A stretch of 64,000 nucleotides of DNA from Saprospiraceae bacterium (GCA_016710115.1 JADJLN010000001.1:300029-364028); one strand, 5' to 3'; positions 8,445-18,916 are shown, counted from the first letter of the stretch. Notes: generated by a model not told the origin, from the sequence alone. Translations and numbers: made by a program.

Positions 8445-9553
8445 CCGATCATCTTGTCACCGGGTTGATGTCAGGATCGTCGCTGGACGGTATTGATCTG
8501 GCAACCATCCGATTCTCCTATTCCCCGGATCCGGATGTTCCACTCCAGTGGAGCATCATTGCCGCGGAGACAGTGCCTTATCCGGATGGATGGCCGGCCC
8601 GACTGAAAGCCTTGCCTCAGGCCACAGCAGTGGAACTGGCCACTGTCCATGCAGGATTGGGCAATCTCTATGGGGAGATGATTCGCGACTTTCATCAGCG
8701 TCATCTGGTCACGCCGGATCTGGTTGCGTCACATGGACATACTGTCTTTCACATGCCGAAGGGAGAGCCTGCCTTTTCCACACAGATCGGGGATGGTGCC
8801 TGGATTGCGGCTCATACAGAGGTGCCGGTGGTTTGCGATTTTCGAAATGGAGACATCGCACGCGGAGGACAGGGCGGACCGATGGCCCCATTGGCTGACA
8901 AGCTGCTCTTTCCCGGCTACGGGGCATGGCTCAATCTGGGTGGTATTGTCAATATTTCCACGATACAGGAAAGCGAGTGGTCGGGATGGGATATCTATGC
9001 ATGCAACCAGTTGCTCAATGCACTTGCCTTGCAGGCAGGCCAGGATATGGATCACGATGGCCGTTTGGCCCGGGACGGGGTGATTCTTGAGGGCCTGATG
9101 GACAGGGCCATGGACCATCCCTGGCTGCAGGTGGCTCCACCCAAAACACTGGATAACCGGGAAGTCCATATCGGAATGGTAGCCCATTTTCTGAATTTTG
9201 AAGGCAGTCCGGAAGACAAGCTTCATACGGCTGTCGAGTGCATTCGTGCATGTATCGTGCGGTCCATGCCTGAGCGGTCTGCACAGAATCCGGGGCAGGT
9301 TCTGGTCACCGGAGGAGGGGCGCGCAACACGTGGCTGATGAAGCGGCTGACAGACGGGTTGCGGCAAGTCCATTGGCAGGTGGTAGTGCCAGAGAATGAG
9401 ATCATCGATTTCAAGGAATCGGCATTGATCGCGTTAGCCGGTTTGTGGCGTTGGTTGGGAAAATCCAACTTCCTTAGCGGGGTGACCGGCGCTGATCGCG
9501 ATGCCTGTGGTGGTGCGGTCTATCTTCCGCGGAACACCTACCTTCGGTCCTGA
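8441..9553 (+). CDS. anmK: Anhydro-N-acetylmuramic acid kinase.
   Basis: GLMSGSSLDGIDLA N-terminus, HGHTVFH, 370 aa, and an overall AnmK profile. Start and stop overlap the flanking genes, which gives an operon layout. Confidence 0.85.
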   Translation: MTDHLVTGLMSGSSLDGIDLATIRFSYSPDPDVPLQWSIIAAETVPYPDGWPARLKALPQATAVELATVHAGLGNLYGEMIRDFHQRHLVTPDLVASHGHTVFHMPKGEPAFSTQIGDGAWIAAHTEVPVVCDFRNGDIARGGQGGPMAPLADKLLFPGYGAWLNLGGIVNISTIQESEWSGWDIYACNQLLNALALQAGQDMDHDGRLARDGVILEGLMDRAMDHPWLQVAPPKTLDNREVHIGMVAHFLNFEGSPEDKLHTAVECIRACIVRSMPERSAQNPGQVLVTGGGARNTWLMKRLTDGLRQVHWQVVVPENEIIDFKESALIALAGLWRWLGKSNFLSGVTGADRDACGGAVYLPRNTYLRS

Positions 9554-10518
9554 TGTCAAGATCACTTCGTATTGGATTGACCGGCGCTACAGGCCAGATC
9601 GGTGCCCATATCCTGGAGGCCCTGGTGGAAGCCGGACATGAGGATATCCATTGCCTGTCGAGGCATATGCAGGAACCCGTCGGCCGAACGGCAGGAGTGA
9701 CCTGGTATCAGGGAGACATAACCGATCTGTTTACCCTGGATGCATTCATGGACAGTGTCGATATCGTTATCCATGCGGCAGGTCTGGTATCCTATCGGAA
9801 TCGCGATCATCGGGCGCTGGGCCGGACCAATGTCCAGGGCACAGCGAACCTGATCAACCTCTCGCTTGACGGTGGCGTGCGTCATTTCATTCACATCAGT
9901 TCCAGTGCCGTTCTGGGTCAGCCGATTGGCGGAATACTGCTCGATGAGTCGGCTTCGGTTCAGCCCGGCGATGCCCATCGGATCTATGCCAACAGTAAAT
10001 ATGAAGGCGAATTGGAGGTTTGGCGAGGTATGGAGGAAGGTCTTGGTATTTCGATTGTGCTGCCAACTATTGTCCTGGACCCCCTTGGTAAGGGGAGATC
10101 GACACGGGTATTGATCGATGCTGTATGTTCAGGAAATCGGCGGTATCCTGGCGGGTCGCACGGATTCGTGGACGCGCGGGATGTAGCTCAAGCAGTCATG
10201 ATGCTGGTGGATCGCGGTCCGGTGCGGGAACGCATCCTGTTGAATGGCGAGAATACAAGCTATCAGCAGATCCTGGATCAAATGGCGGTCGCCATGGGCC
10301 GGGATTCACGGTCTACTGTATTGTCTGAGCAGAGCGCGCTTTGGATGAATCGGATCCGACGGTGGCTGGGACGGGGCGGGCTGAGTGAGACAGAGGTCAG
10401 AATGGCATATGAGCAACGGGCTTATAACGCGGATCGGGCTGAAAAATCATATGGTATTTCGTTCAGGCCGCTGGAGGAGACCATCCGGGATATGGCGCAC
10501 AACTGTACATGTTTCTGA
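9553..10518 (+). CDS. NAD-dependent epimerase/dehydratase family (extended SDR) protein.
   Basis: An N-terminal Rossmann motif IGLTGATGQIGAHILEAL and about 320 aa. Confidence 0.75.
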   Translation: MSRSLRIGLTGATGQIGAHILEALVEAGHEDIHCLSRHMQEPVGRTAGVTWYQGDITDLFTLDAFMDSVDIVIHAAGLVSYRNRDHRALGRTNVQGTANLINLSLDGGVRHFIHISSSAVLGQPIGGILLDESASVQPGDAHRIYANSKYEGELEVWRGMEEGLGISIVLPTIVLDPLGKGRSTRVLIDAVCSGNRRYPGGSHGFVDARDVAQAVMMLVDRGPVRERILLNGENTSYQQILDQMAVAMGRDSRSTVLSEQSALWMNRIRRWLGRGGLSETEVRMAYEQRAYNADRAEKSYGISFRPLEETIRDMAHNCTCF

Positions 10519-10801
10519 TCCAGGGCCTTCCCGAAAATCTGGTGGATCTGCGGTCCATTCTTCACGAATCATGTTTCATCCATAATGTCCATCTCATCCG
10601 GTTTCGGATGGCGGATCACCTGAAAACAGGGTTCACAGGTTTCCGGCATTCCCGATGAAAGAGATGCCCAGTCCGATAAAGATCATCCTCCCGGATGATC
10701 CTCTTCCCGGCCCTTGGCTCTTCCGCAAATTCTCCCTACTTTGATACCTGCTTTCGAGCACTTGAAAAATCATTGTTGACGCAAAAAAGGGAGAACGGAT
10801 T

Positions 10802-12931
10802 ATGAGCTATGAAACCAGAAACATCCGGAATGTCGTCCTGCTCGGACATTCCGGATCCGGGAAGACACTCTTTAACGAGTGTATGTTATTTGAGGCCGGA
10901 GCGATCAACCGCCGAGGCACGATCGAAGACCAGAACACGGTCTCTGATTTCTCAGATATTGAGCAGGAACGCGGCAATTCATTGTTTACAACGCTGATGC
11001 ATGTCAGCTGGAAGGATTCCAAGATCAATATCCTGGATACACCCGGTTTTGATGATTTTGTCGGTGAAGTGGTCAGTGCACTGAAGGTGGCCGATACCGC
11101 TGTGATGATGCTCAATGCACGGAGCGGAGTAGAGGTGGGTACCGAACTCATCTGGGAATATGTCGAAACGTTTGACACACCTTCCATTTTTGTGATCAAC
11201 CAGATGGATCACGACAAAGCGGATTTTGATATGACGCTTGACCAGGCGGTCAAACGGTTTGGTCCGAAAGTGATCCCGGTACAGTTTCCATATAATTCGG
11301 GTACGGGATTCAATAGCATTGTTGATGCCCTTCGTATGGTGATGTACGTCTTTCCACCCGATGGCGGAGAACCCGAAAAGAAGCCCATACCAGACAGTGA
11401 AAAGGAGCGCGCACAGGCGATGCACAATGCGCTTGTCGAAGCAGCAGCGGAAAATGACGAAACGCTGATGGAGCACTTTTTCGAAGATGGCAACCTCTCC
11501 GAAGAAGAGTTGACAAAAGGCCTGAATATCGCTATAGCCCATCAGCAGATTTTCCCGGTATTCTGTGCATCAGCAACACGCAATATGGGAAGCGGTCGGA
11601 TCATGGGCTTTATCAATGATATCTGTCCATCACCTGCCGACCGGCCACCAAAGAAACTGGAAGGTGGCAAGACACTGAATTGCGATGCAAAGGCGCCGAC
11701 CAGTCTGTTTATTTACAAGACGATGTCAGAACAACGGGTCGGGATCGTTTCCTACTTCAAGGTTTATGCGGGAACGGTGCGAAGCAGTGATGAGCTGGTC
11801 AACAGCCGCAATGGTACGCATGAACGATTTGGAAATATTTTTGTGTCAGAAGGCAAGTCGCGTGAACAGGTCAATGAACTGCAAGCCGGCGACCTCGGCG
11901 TGACAGTCAAACTGAAAGATTCACACACAAATGATACCCTGAACACGAAGGGGACAGACCTCACCATTGAACGCATTCATTATCCGGAACCCCGGATTCG
12001 GACGGCGGTCAAGCCACCCAACAAAAGTGATACAGAGAAGGTCTCCAAGGCGCTTCATCAGATCCAGGAGGAAGATCCGACCCTGATCGTGGAGCACAGC
12101 ATGGAGTTGAAACAGTTGATCCTGCACGGACAGGGACAGTTGCACCTCGATCTGGTGCGTTACCGGATCAAGAAGCTGTATGATCTGGATCTCGAATTCA
12201 TCCGACCTCGAATCCCGTACCGGGAGACGATCACGAAGATGGCCAATGAGGTTTATCGTCATAAAAAGCAGACGGGTGGTGCTGGTCAGTTTGCAGAAGT
12301 CCATATGCGCATCGAACCCTGGCATGAAGGGATGGCTGACCCGGCGGATCTGTCGGTCAGAAACAAGGACGAAGATGATCTGCCATGGGGCGGTAAACTG
12401 GTCTTTCTGTGGTGTATTGTTGGCGGGTCAATTGACACGCGCTTTTCCAACGCCATCAAAAAGGGTGTCATGAATAAAATGGCAGAAGGCCCGTTGACGG
12501 GATCCGCCTGCAGGGATATTCGCGTCAGCATCTATGATGGGAAAATGCACCCTGTCGATTCGAATGACATGGCTTTCCAGACGGCGGCGACCATGGCCTT
12601 TAAAACAGCGTTTAAAGCAGCTGCACCCCAATTAATGGAGCCGATGTACAACATTGAAGTATTGTGTCCGGAAGAATCCATGGGTGAGATCATGGGAGAT
12701 CTGCAAACGCGTCGTGCGATGATCATGGGAATGGATGCGGACGGGCATTACCAGAAGATCCTGGCCCATGTACCATTGGCAGAGCTGTACCAATATTCCT
12801 CCACGTTGCGTTCTCTGACACATGGCAGAGCCAAGCACAACAGGGAGTTCCATGAATATGCACCAGTACCTCCTGATGTCCAGCAACAACTGATCTCAGC
12901 GTACGAGGAGCATGCTGAAGATGAGGATTAA
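10802..12931 (+). CDS. Elongation factor G-family GTPase, a divergent EF-G paralog.
   Basis: P-loop GHSGSGKT, DTPGF (G3), NQMD (G4), and EF-G domain II-V architecture over 709 aa. The G1 motif differs from the canonical AHIDAGKTT of translational EF-G, so this is a paralog and not fusA. Confidence 0.85.
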   Translation: MSYETRNIRNVVLLGHSGSGKTLFNECMLFEAGAINRRGTIEDQNTVSDFSDIEQERGNSLFTTLMHVSWKDSKINILDTPGFDDFVGEVVSALKVADTAVMMLNARSGVEVGTELIWEYVETFDTPSIFVINQMDHDKADFDMTLDQAVKRFGPKVIPVQFPYNSGTGFNSIVDALRMVMYVFPPDGGEPEKKPIPDSEKERAQAMHNALVEAAAENDETLMEHFFEDGNLSEEELTKGLNIAIAHQQIFPVFCASATRNMGSGRIMGFINDICPSPADRPPKKLEGGKTLNCDAKAPTSLFIYKTMSEQRVGIVSYFKVYAGTVRSSDELVNSRNGTHERFGNIFVSEGKSREQVNELQAGDLGVTVKLKDSHTNDTLNTKGTDLTIERIHYPEPRIRTAVKPPNKSDTEKVSKALHQIQEEDPTLIVEHSMELKQLILHGQGQLHLDLVRYRIKKLYDLDLEFIRPRIPYRETITKMANEVYRHKKQTGGAGQFAEVHMRIEPWHEGMADPADLSVRNKDEDDLPWGGKLVFLWCIVGGSIDTRFSNAIKKGVMNKMAEGPLTGSACRDIRVSIYDGKMHPVDSNDMAFQTAATMAFKTAFKAAAPQLMEPMYNIEVLCPEESMGEIMGDLQTRRAMIMGMDADGHYQKILAHVPLAELYQYSSTLRSLTHGRAKHNREFHEYAPVPPDVQQQLISAYEEHAEDED

Positions 12932-12956
12932 CAGAACTGGTTCTATCATTTGACCA

Positions 12957-12993
12957 ACAGCCCTGGAATGTATATTTCGGGGCTGTTTTTTTA
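12957..12993 (+). terminator. Intrinsic terminator after the EF-G-like gene.
   Basis: CAGCCC-tggaatgtatatttc-GGGGCTG hairpin followed by TTTTTTT. Confidence 0.65.
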
Positions 12994-13073
12994 TTTGATG
13001 GGTCAATCTTTTATCTGACAACATTTTCTCCGGGAGAAAAAATGACAAATCTCAAATGACAAAAAACAAATAA

Positions 13074-13122
13074 ATTCCAAATTCCAAATTCCAAATTCCA
13101 AATTCCAAATTCCAAATTCAAA
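13074..13122. repeat. Heptanucleotide microsatellite (ATTCCAA), with 6 perfect units and 1 imperfect unit.
   Basis: Read directly from the sequence: attccaa x6 then attcaaa. Confidence 0.95.
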
Positions 13123-13214
13123 ATTATATTTCACTGCTGGGACTCTCAGGTCACTAAAAGGCTGAGTTACAAAGAAACCCCATGTGACACTAGATTGAAA
13201 TGTGTCAACCCAAT

Positions 13215-13420
13215 TCAGGCAAGATCAAATTTTTTCCGATTTCCGCCTTCCCACTTCCTCTCAACGTTTCACGCAAAGGCGCTATGCCGCAAAGTCAATT
13301 CAAGGACGCAAAGAAATTATACTCCATACACCTTTTCAATTGTCTGCTCAGGTAGTTCTAATATGGCCAACAAGTACGATATGTTTCAAAGTCACTTTCA
13401 CATTTCCTGCTTCGCCGGCA
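13215..13420 (+). repeat. Dispersed ~210 bp repeat element, copy 1. Copy 2 is inverted at 60340..60560.
   Basis: 13266..13318 is identical over 53 nt to the reverse complement of 60458..60510. The flanking ~80 bp on each side align with indels. The ORF-track peptides sharing FHAKALCRKVNSRTQRN (13195..13467 and the N-terminus of 59256..60602) are by-products of this DNA repeat. Confidence 0.75.
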
Positions 13421-13526
13421 GGCCTGCGCATCTCGTTACGGCAGCTAACCGCCTTCGGCCGTTATAAAGCAGCCACTACAAATGAATCGTTTTTCGCTTT
13501 TCGACTTTCCGATTCCTGGTTCCGCC

Positions 13527-13555
13527 TTCCGATTTCCGACTTCCGATTTCCGAAA
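13527..13555. repeat. Heptamer repeat (TTCCGAY) x4.
   Basis: ttccgatttccgacttccgatttccgaa. GGAAATCGGAA-type words also recur around 60340..60700 on the other strand. Confidence 0.7.
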
Positions 13556-13603
13556 TCATACTTGTTAAACTGCAGTCTAAAATATAGGGCCCCTCCACTC
13601 CTT

Positions 13604-13648
13604 ACTCTCTACTCTCTACTCTCTACCTCTACCCTCTACCCTCTACTC
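13604..13648. repeat. (CTCTAC)/(CCTCTAC) microsatellite abutting the lpxD stop codon.
   Basis: ctctctactctctactctctacctctaccctctaccctctac. Confidence 0.85.
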
Positions 13649-14666
13649 AATCCCCTCCCTTCTCCAGTTTCCTGAGCCGCTTCTCCAATTCGGGCAATTG
13701 TTTGAAGACGGCATAAGACCGCATATAGTTTCTGAAGGGGATTGCCGGAGTACCGTAAACGGCTTGGTCCTTTTCCTTGATCGCACCTGCTACACCGCTC
13801 TGTGCCTGGATCTTGGTACCGTCCGCGATCTGGATATGACCCCAATGCCTACCTGACCTCCGATCTGACAGTGCATACCGATATGTGTGCTCCCGGCAAT
13901 ACCTGTCTGGGCAGCAATCACGGTATGCGCACCGATGCGCACATTGTGCGCAATCTGGATCAGATTGTCGAGCTTCACCCCATCCTCGATCACTGTGGAT
14001 CCCATCGTAGCCCGGTCAATCGCGCAGTTTGCACCAATCTCGACATGATCGCCAAGCACCACGTTGCCGAGTTGAGGTACTTTATCATAGCTTCCATCTG
14101 CCTTGGGTGCAAAACCGAATCCATACGAGCCAATCACAGTATTACTGTGGATCATGCAGTTGTCTCCGATCTTGCAACCTTTGTACACGCGTACGCCGGG
14201 AAAAAGAACACAGTTCTTTCCAACTCGGACTCCCTTTCCAATGGATACCTGATCATGGATAATGGTTCCTTCACCAATCTCGGCATCCTGATCAATGACG
14301 CTGAATCGACCGACACTGACATTGGCCGGAGCGACGCGGATTCGTCCACAAAGGCCTGTGGTGATATTGTACCTGTACCGGACCGGCTCTGGTCGAACGC
14401 CTGCAGGAGAGAGGCCACCGCCATCCGGACATGATCCACCCGGATCAAGGCTGCCGAAATTGGTTGCCGGGGTGTAAACGTCCGGTCGACCACAAGAACT
14501 GAGGCCCCGGTGGTGTAAACAAACGGTTCATATTTTGAATCGGCCAGAAATGAAATCGTACCAGCGTTCCGGCTTCAATGGGAGCTGGGCCCTTGATCTC
14601 GATATCGGGGTCGCCTTCGATGTCCCCCTGGACCAATCGAGCGATCATGGCTACGGTTACTCGCAT
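13647..14666 (-). pseudogene. lpxD: UDP-3-O-acylglucosamine N-acyltransferase (LpxD) homologue, split by at least 3 frame changes.
   Basis: Four consecutive minus-strand ORF fragments give the N-terminus IARLVQGDIEGDPDIEIKGPAPIEAG, then VVDRTFTP...AALIRVDHV, then the left-handed beta-helix hexapeptide repeats, then the C-terminus YMRSYAVFKQLPELEKRLRKLEKGGD. This is the LpxD domain order, but each fragment is in a different frame. Confidence 0.7.
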
Positions 14667-14743
14667 GGCATAAAGGTAGGATACCGCTTGCAAATACAGC
14701 GATTCCTTAAGTGCAACACACGGAATAATAGCGGCGACCCGTG

Positions 14744-16140
14744 TTACCGTTGCCACCGAACTCGGGGATCTGCCCGGCTGTACAGCAGATCAGCCAGCAG
14801 CGACCCGGCCAGGGTGAGGACAGAGGCGAGAAAGAGAACTCCATACACAACAGGCCAGTCCTGGCTCAGGATCGACGCATAGGTCAGTCGCCCCATTCCC
14901 GGAATATTAAAGATGACTTCGATGGCGACAGAACCGGCGATGGCTGCGGGCAACACAGACCCGGAACAAGGTGATCAATGGAAACAGGGCATTTCGAAAC
15001 GCATGACGCCAGATCACGGCGGGAGGTCAGTCCCCGGGTCCAGGCAGCTCGTATGTAATCCTGCTTCAACTCCTGCAGCATAGCATTTCTCACCTGGCGG
15101 GTCAGGTAGGCGAGTGATCCATAGGTGAGGCAAAAGACGGGCAGGAACAGATGGCTGACCCGGATCAGGATCGTCTCAAATGCCGATGCTCCGGGTGGAA
15201 TATCTCCCAGTCCGATCGAAGGAAAAAAGTCCATTCCATACACGGGGGTAGTAAAAAATACCAGCAACAAAGTACCCAGCCAGAAACCGGGAACGGAATA
15301 CATGGCATACAGGAAAAATGTGGTCCATTGATCCCGCGCTGTACCGGCATGGCGCGCCATCCATACACCCAGGGGGATACTCAATCCGTAGGCAAAAAGG
15401 ATGGCAAATCCGTTCATCCACAATGTCCACCAGGTGGCCTGACTGATCTTGCGCCAGACAGGCTGACCGTCGACCCACGAACGGTGTGGGGTTCCACCAA
15501 AAAAGGAGGCCATCCATCGGTGATATCGATTGTCCCAACCATGCCACTGGAACCGGGGTATCCAGTTGGACAGGATCATGCCCTCGGGGATAGGAGGGAG
15601 AGCAGCCAATGCGGACTGTCGTTGTGCCGTGGCCAGTGAATCGGGCAAACCCGACAGGTAGGATTTTACCTGAACGGGATCTGTCAGCAGAGGGATCCGT
15701 GCGAGGTCGGTTCTGATGGAAACCATCTCCGGATTCTTTCCTGTTGGGTCAAGTTGGAGGATGGCCGTCTGGTATTGGTCGAGAACGTCATACCACTTCT
15801 GGACAACACCCGGGGATCCGGTTTGCCGGCACCACATAGAAAATGCTTCACGACGTGTAAGGGGAAGAATCCGATGCAGGGTATCCGGGAGGGACAGCGG
15901 AGTGAGACTCACATAAAAGGCGGGTAGATCCATGCCCAGTTCACGGGCAGCACGCATGTAGGCTGCCTGATGGACGCGCAAGTCACGCAAAGGCATGGCA
16001 GCTTCTGTGTCGTCATCCCGAAGGTACTGGGCGATCGGGTCGCCAGGTGCCGATTCCTGCAACCAGAATGCGAGGAAGGAGACCAGCACCAGGGTGGGGA
16101 TCACAAGAAGCAGGCGCTTTCGAAAATAGGGAGACATCAT
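14744..16140 (-). CDS. ABC transporter permease (OppB/DppB-type, with a long periplasmic insert). There is an apparent frame change near 14930.
   Basis: The N-terminus LLLVIPTLVLVSFLAFWLQESAPGDP is an OppB-type start. The C-terminal fragment (14744..14956) LPAAIAGSVAIEVIFNIPGMGRL...DPRVRWQR is the conserved permease tail, in another frame. Confidence 0.7.
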
Positions 16141-16164
16141 CGGGGTGTTAGCGACCGAACTCCC

Positions 16165-17919
16165 TTAAAGATAGAGGAATGGCAGATAATACCCCGGGCG
16201 CATCGGTGACGGGACCATCCCACGCACAGCTTTCCGACTGATCACCGGCTCCATTGGTGAATAGAGAAAAATAACCGGCTGATCAGCAGCGATGACTTCC
16301 TGGAATTGTTGATACAATCGATATCGCGTGGCCTGGTCCGGACTGTTTCGAATGGCCATGATGAGGCTGTCTGCCACCGGACTCCGATATCCTACCCGAT
16401 TGCTTCCACCGGGTGTATCTGAATCGGAATGGAAGTACTGGTATGGATCATCATCTGCTGGCGACTGCCTGTTGCGCAGAGCCGCCAGATCATAATTTCC
16501 CTTGCCCATATCGCCCAGGATCAATTTGAAGTCCTTGGTTTCCAGAGCCACCTCAATGCCTGCCTGGCGGGCGCCTTGCTGGAGCAGCAGGCCGATATTC
16601 TGCCCTACTTCACTTCCGGCAGCAAGCAGGAGGGTGAGATGCAGTTCGACCACTTTTCCGTTCATTTTTTTATCGACAGTGCCGTTGCCATTGGTATCCG
16701 TCCACCCGGCATCTGCCAGCAGCCGTCGGGCTTTGGATGGGTCAAATGGCACCGGGGAGATTTTGCGGTTGTAATAGGCCTTGCTGGGATGGAAAGGACC
16801 AATAATGCGTTGGCCAAGGCCGTGGAGAATGCTCTGGATACCCAGATCCAGATCCAGACAATGAGCGAGTGCACGGCGTACCTGAGGATCGGCCAGTTTG
16901 GGATTGTGATTGTTGAGACCCAGGTAATAGTATTGCATGTACACGGGCAGGTGGGTATCAAAACCACTCTGGTCAACACTGTCGGCCTGAATGGCGGTGA
17001 AGGCAGCAGGAGTCAGTTCACCGACCACATCCAGTCCCCCATCCTGAAGCAGGGTAATGGCTGCTTGTTCATCGGCGATGATCTTGTACCGGATCCGATT
17101 CGGTTTTGCAATAAACTGGTCATTTACCTCAGTCAGTTTATCGCCCCACCAGGATGTCTTTCGTTCGAGGACGATCTCCTGTCCGGCATCCCATTTGGCC
17201 AACCGGTAGGGGCCTGCTCCCTGGACCATTGCTGTATCCCGTGAATAGGGATCACTGGTGAACAGAGCCGCAAATTCCGCCAGTCGCGGATCCGAAGCCG
17301 CAAGTGCCTCCGCCGAATCCGGATTTGCCAGCAAACGCAACGGAATGTCGGCCAACAGTCCATGCGGGTCATAGATATGTGCCGGATAGAGGTTCATATT
17401 CCCTGTGGCGGGGAGTGCCAGGAAATATCGTTCAACTGTCAGTACAGAAAACCGACGAGGATTGGCGGGGTCGATGACGACATCGTGGATAAATGACAGG
17501 ACGCCTCTCCAGGCATTGGCCTTGGTCAATGGGTTGAGCGCAGCTTTCAAGGTGAATACATAGTCTGCAGCAGAAATGGGAGTGCCGTCATCCCAGGTCG
17601 CTTCAGGTCGGATCTCATAGGTGTAAGCCGTTCCACCGGCTAGAATGCCCGTGTCGATCGGTGTCTCCACAGGGAGCCCAATTGCAATAACCGGCTCCAG
17701 TTCAAGAGTAATGGGGTGGTATTCGAGTAGCGGAAAGTGGGTCAGCTTGTAGACTTCGGTGGCATAACCACTCGCAGACAGCATGGGGTTGAGCCGATCG
17801 GGATCAGCGGCCAGGCGAGCCCGGATCTCTATAAATGTCGTTTCGGATTTGGGTTCGTTTTTGCAGGAGCCGATCAGAAGAAGGCCAGCAAAGAGGATCA
17901 GGGCAAATCGATTGTTCAT
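16165..17919 (-). CDS. ABC transporter substrate-binding protein, family 5 (peptide/nickel type), lipoprotein.
   Basis: 584 aa with a signal peptide and lipobox LLIGSC. The SBP_bac_5-like profile is placed upstream of the permease in the same orientation. Confidence 0.8.
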   Translation of the reverse strand: MNNRFALILFAGLLLIGSCKNEPKSETTFIEIRARLAADPDRLNPMLSASGYATEVYKLTHFPLLEYHPITLELEPVIAIGLPVETPIDTGILAGGTAYTYEIRPEATWDDGTPISAADYVFTLKAALNPLTKANAWRGVLSFIHDVVIDPANPRRFSVLTVERYFLALPATGNMNLYPAHIYDPHGLLADIPLRLLANPDSAEALAASDPRLAEFAALFTSDPYSRDTAMVQGAGPYRLAKWDAGQEIVLERKTSWWGDKLTEVNDQFIAKPNRIRYKIIADEQAAITLLQDGGLDVVGELTPAAFTAIQADSVDQSGFDTHLPVYMQYYYLGLNNHNPKLADPQVRRALAHCLDLDLGIQSILHGLGQRIIGPFHPSKAYYNRKISPVPFDPSKARRLLADAGWTDTNGNGTVDKKMNGKVVELHLTLLLAAGSEVGQNIGLLLQQGARQAGIEVALETKDFKLILGDMGKGNYDLAALRNRQSPADDDPYQYFHSDSDTPGGSNRVGYRSPVADSLIMAIRNSPDQATRYRLYQQFQEVIAADQPVIFLYSPMEPVISRKAVRGMVPSPMRPGYYLPFLYL

Positions 17920-18026
17920 GGGAAAGCGATATGTCCATAAAAATAGAAGAATTTAGAAGTCGGCAATGAGGAAGATGTGGACAACCTTCTTTTCGAATCA
18001 GGGTTTTTACATCAAAGAAGTGCAAA

Positions 18027-18916
18027 ATGGGTACGGTATTGATCGCGGGAGGTACAGGGATGATCGGGCGTCACTGGATAGAAATGCACGGGGATGCGTT
18101 TGATGAGGTCCGGTTATTGAGTCGAACATCTGGCCGGGAAGGGAGGATCGTCCGCTATGCCTGGGATCCGTCTGCAGGGACATATGACCCGGCCGCCTTC
18201 GTGGATGTCGATTATATCATCAATCTCGCGGGAGCGGGCATTGCAGACAGGTTCTGGACAACCAGAAGAAAACAGTTGATCCAGGACAGTCGGACGCAAA
18301 GTGTGCAAACACTGTTGAAGGGTCTTCGGGAAACAGGAGCCACGCCGCAGATGATCCTGATGGCATCAGCCACAGGATTTTATGGCGATCGGGGATCGGA
18401 TTGGGTGGACGAAGAATCCGACGCGGGAGGCGGATTTCTGGGCACGACTACGATGGCTGGGAGGCGGCCAGCACCGCGCTGATCCAGGCAGGGTACCCGA
18501 CAGCCATTTTGCGGATCGGTATTGTATTGAGTGGAAAGGGTGGGGCACTACCCAAATTGAAGATGCCGCTGAAAATGGGGATGGCCTGTTATTTTGGCAA
18601 TGGAAAACAGTATATGCCCTGGATCCATATCGATGATCTGTGCAGAATGATGACCTGGTTATTACACGAACAAAAGGAAGGGATCTGGAACGGTGTGGCT
18701 CCCGAACCGGTGACCAGTCGGGAAATGGCCGACGTCATGAAACAGGTTTTTGGTGGATGGATTGTCCTGCCTGTACCTGCCTTTGCTCTCCGGCTTGCCC
18801 TTGGAGAAATGGGTGATACTGTCCTCACAGGTGCCCGGGTGCGAGCTGGAAAAGTCTTGCAAAACGGATTTACATTCAATTTCGCGAATGTTAAGGATGC
18901 ATTATTGAATGCGTGA
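18027..18916 (+). CDS. TIGR01777/YfcH-family epimerase (SDR with a C-terminal DUF1731). There is an apparent frame change at ~18400-18480.
   Basis: N-terminus LIAGGTGMIGRHWIE (Rossmann). The second fragment has the YfcH C-terminal DUF1731-like region, including ILRIGIVLSGKGGALPKL. The two ORFs overlap in different frames. Confidence 0.7.

Noticed and set aside
10571-10651. Tiny minus-strand ORF MPETCEPCFQVIRHPKPDEMDIMDET (26 aa, CxxC) in the epimerase / EF-G spacer.
   Set aside because: Too short to support without conservation data. It could be a mini zinc-ribbon peptide but is unverifiable here.
13195-13675. ORFs 13195..13467 and 13202..13675, and the N-terminal 100 aa of 59256..60602 plus 60323..60817, which share the peptides FHAKALCRKVNSRTQRN and QRRYAAKSIQGRKEI.
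   Set aside because: The shared peptides arise because the underlying DNA is the same dispersed repeat in inverted orientation. The composition is not protein-like and the reading frames differ between copies. They are treated as non-coding repeat DNA.
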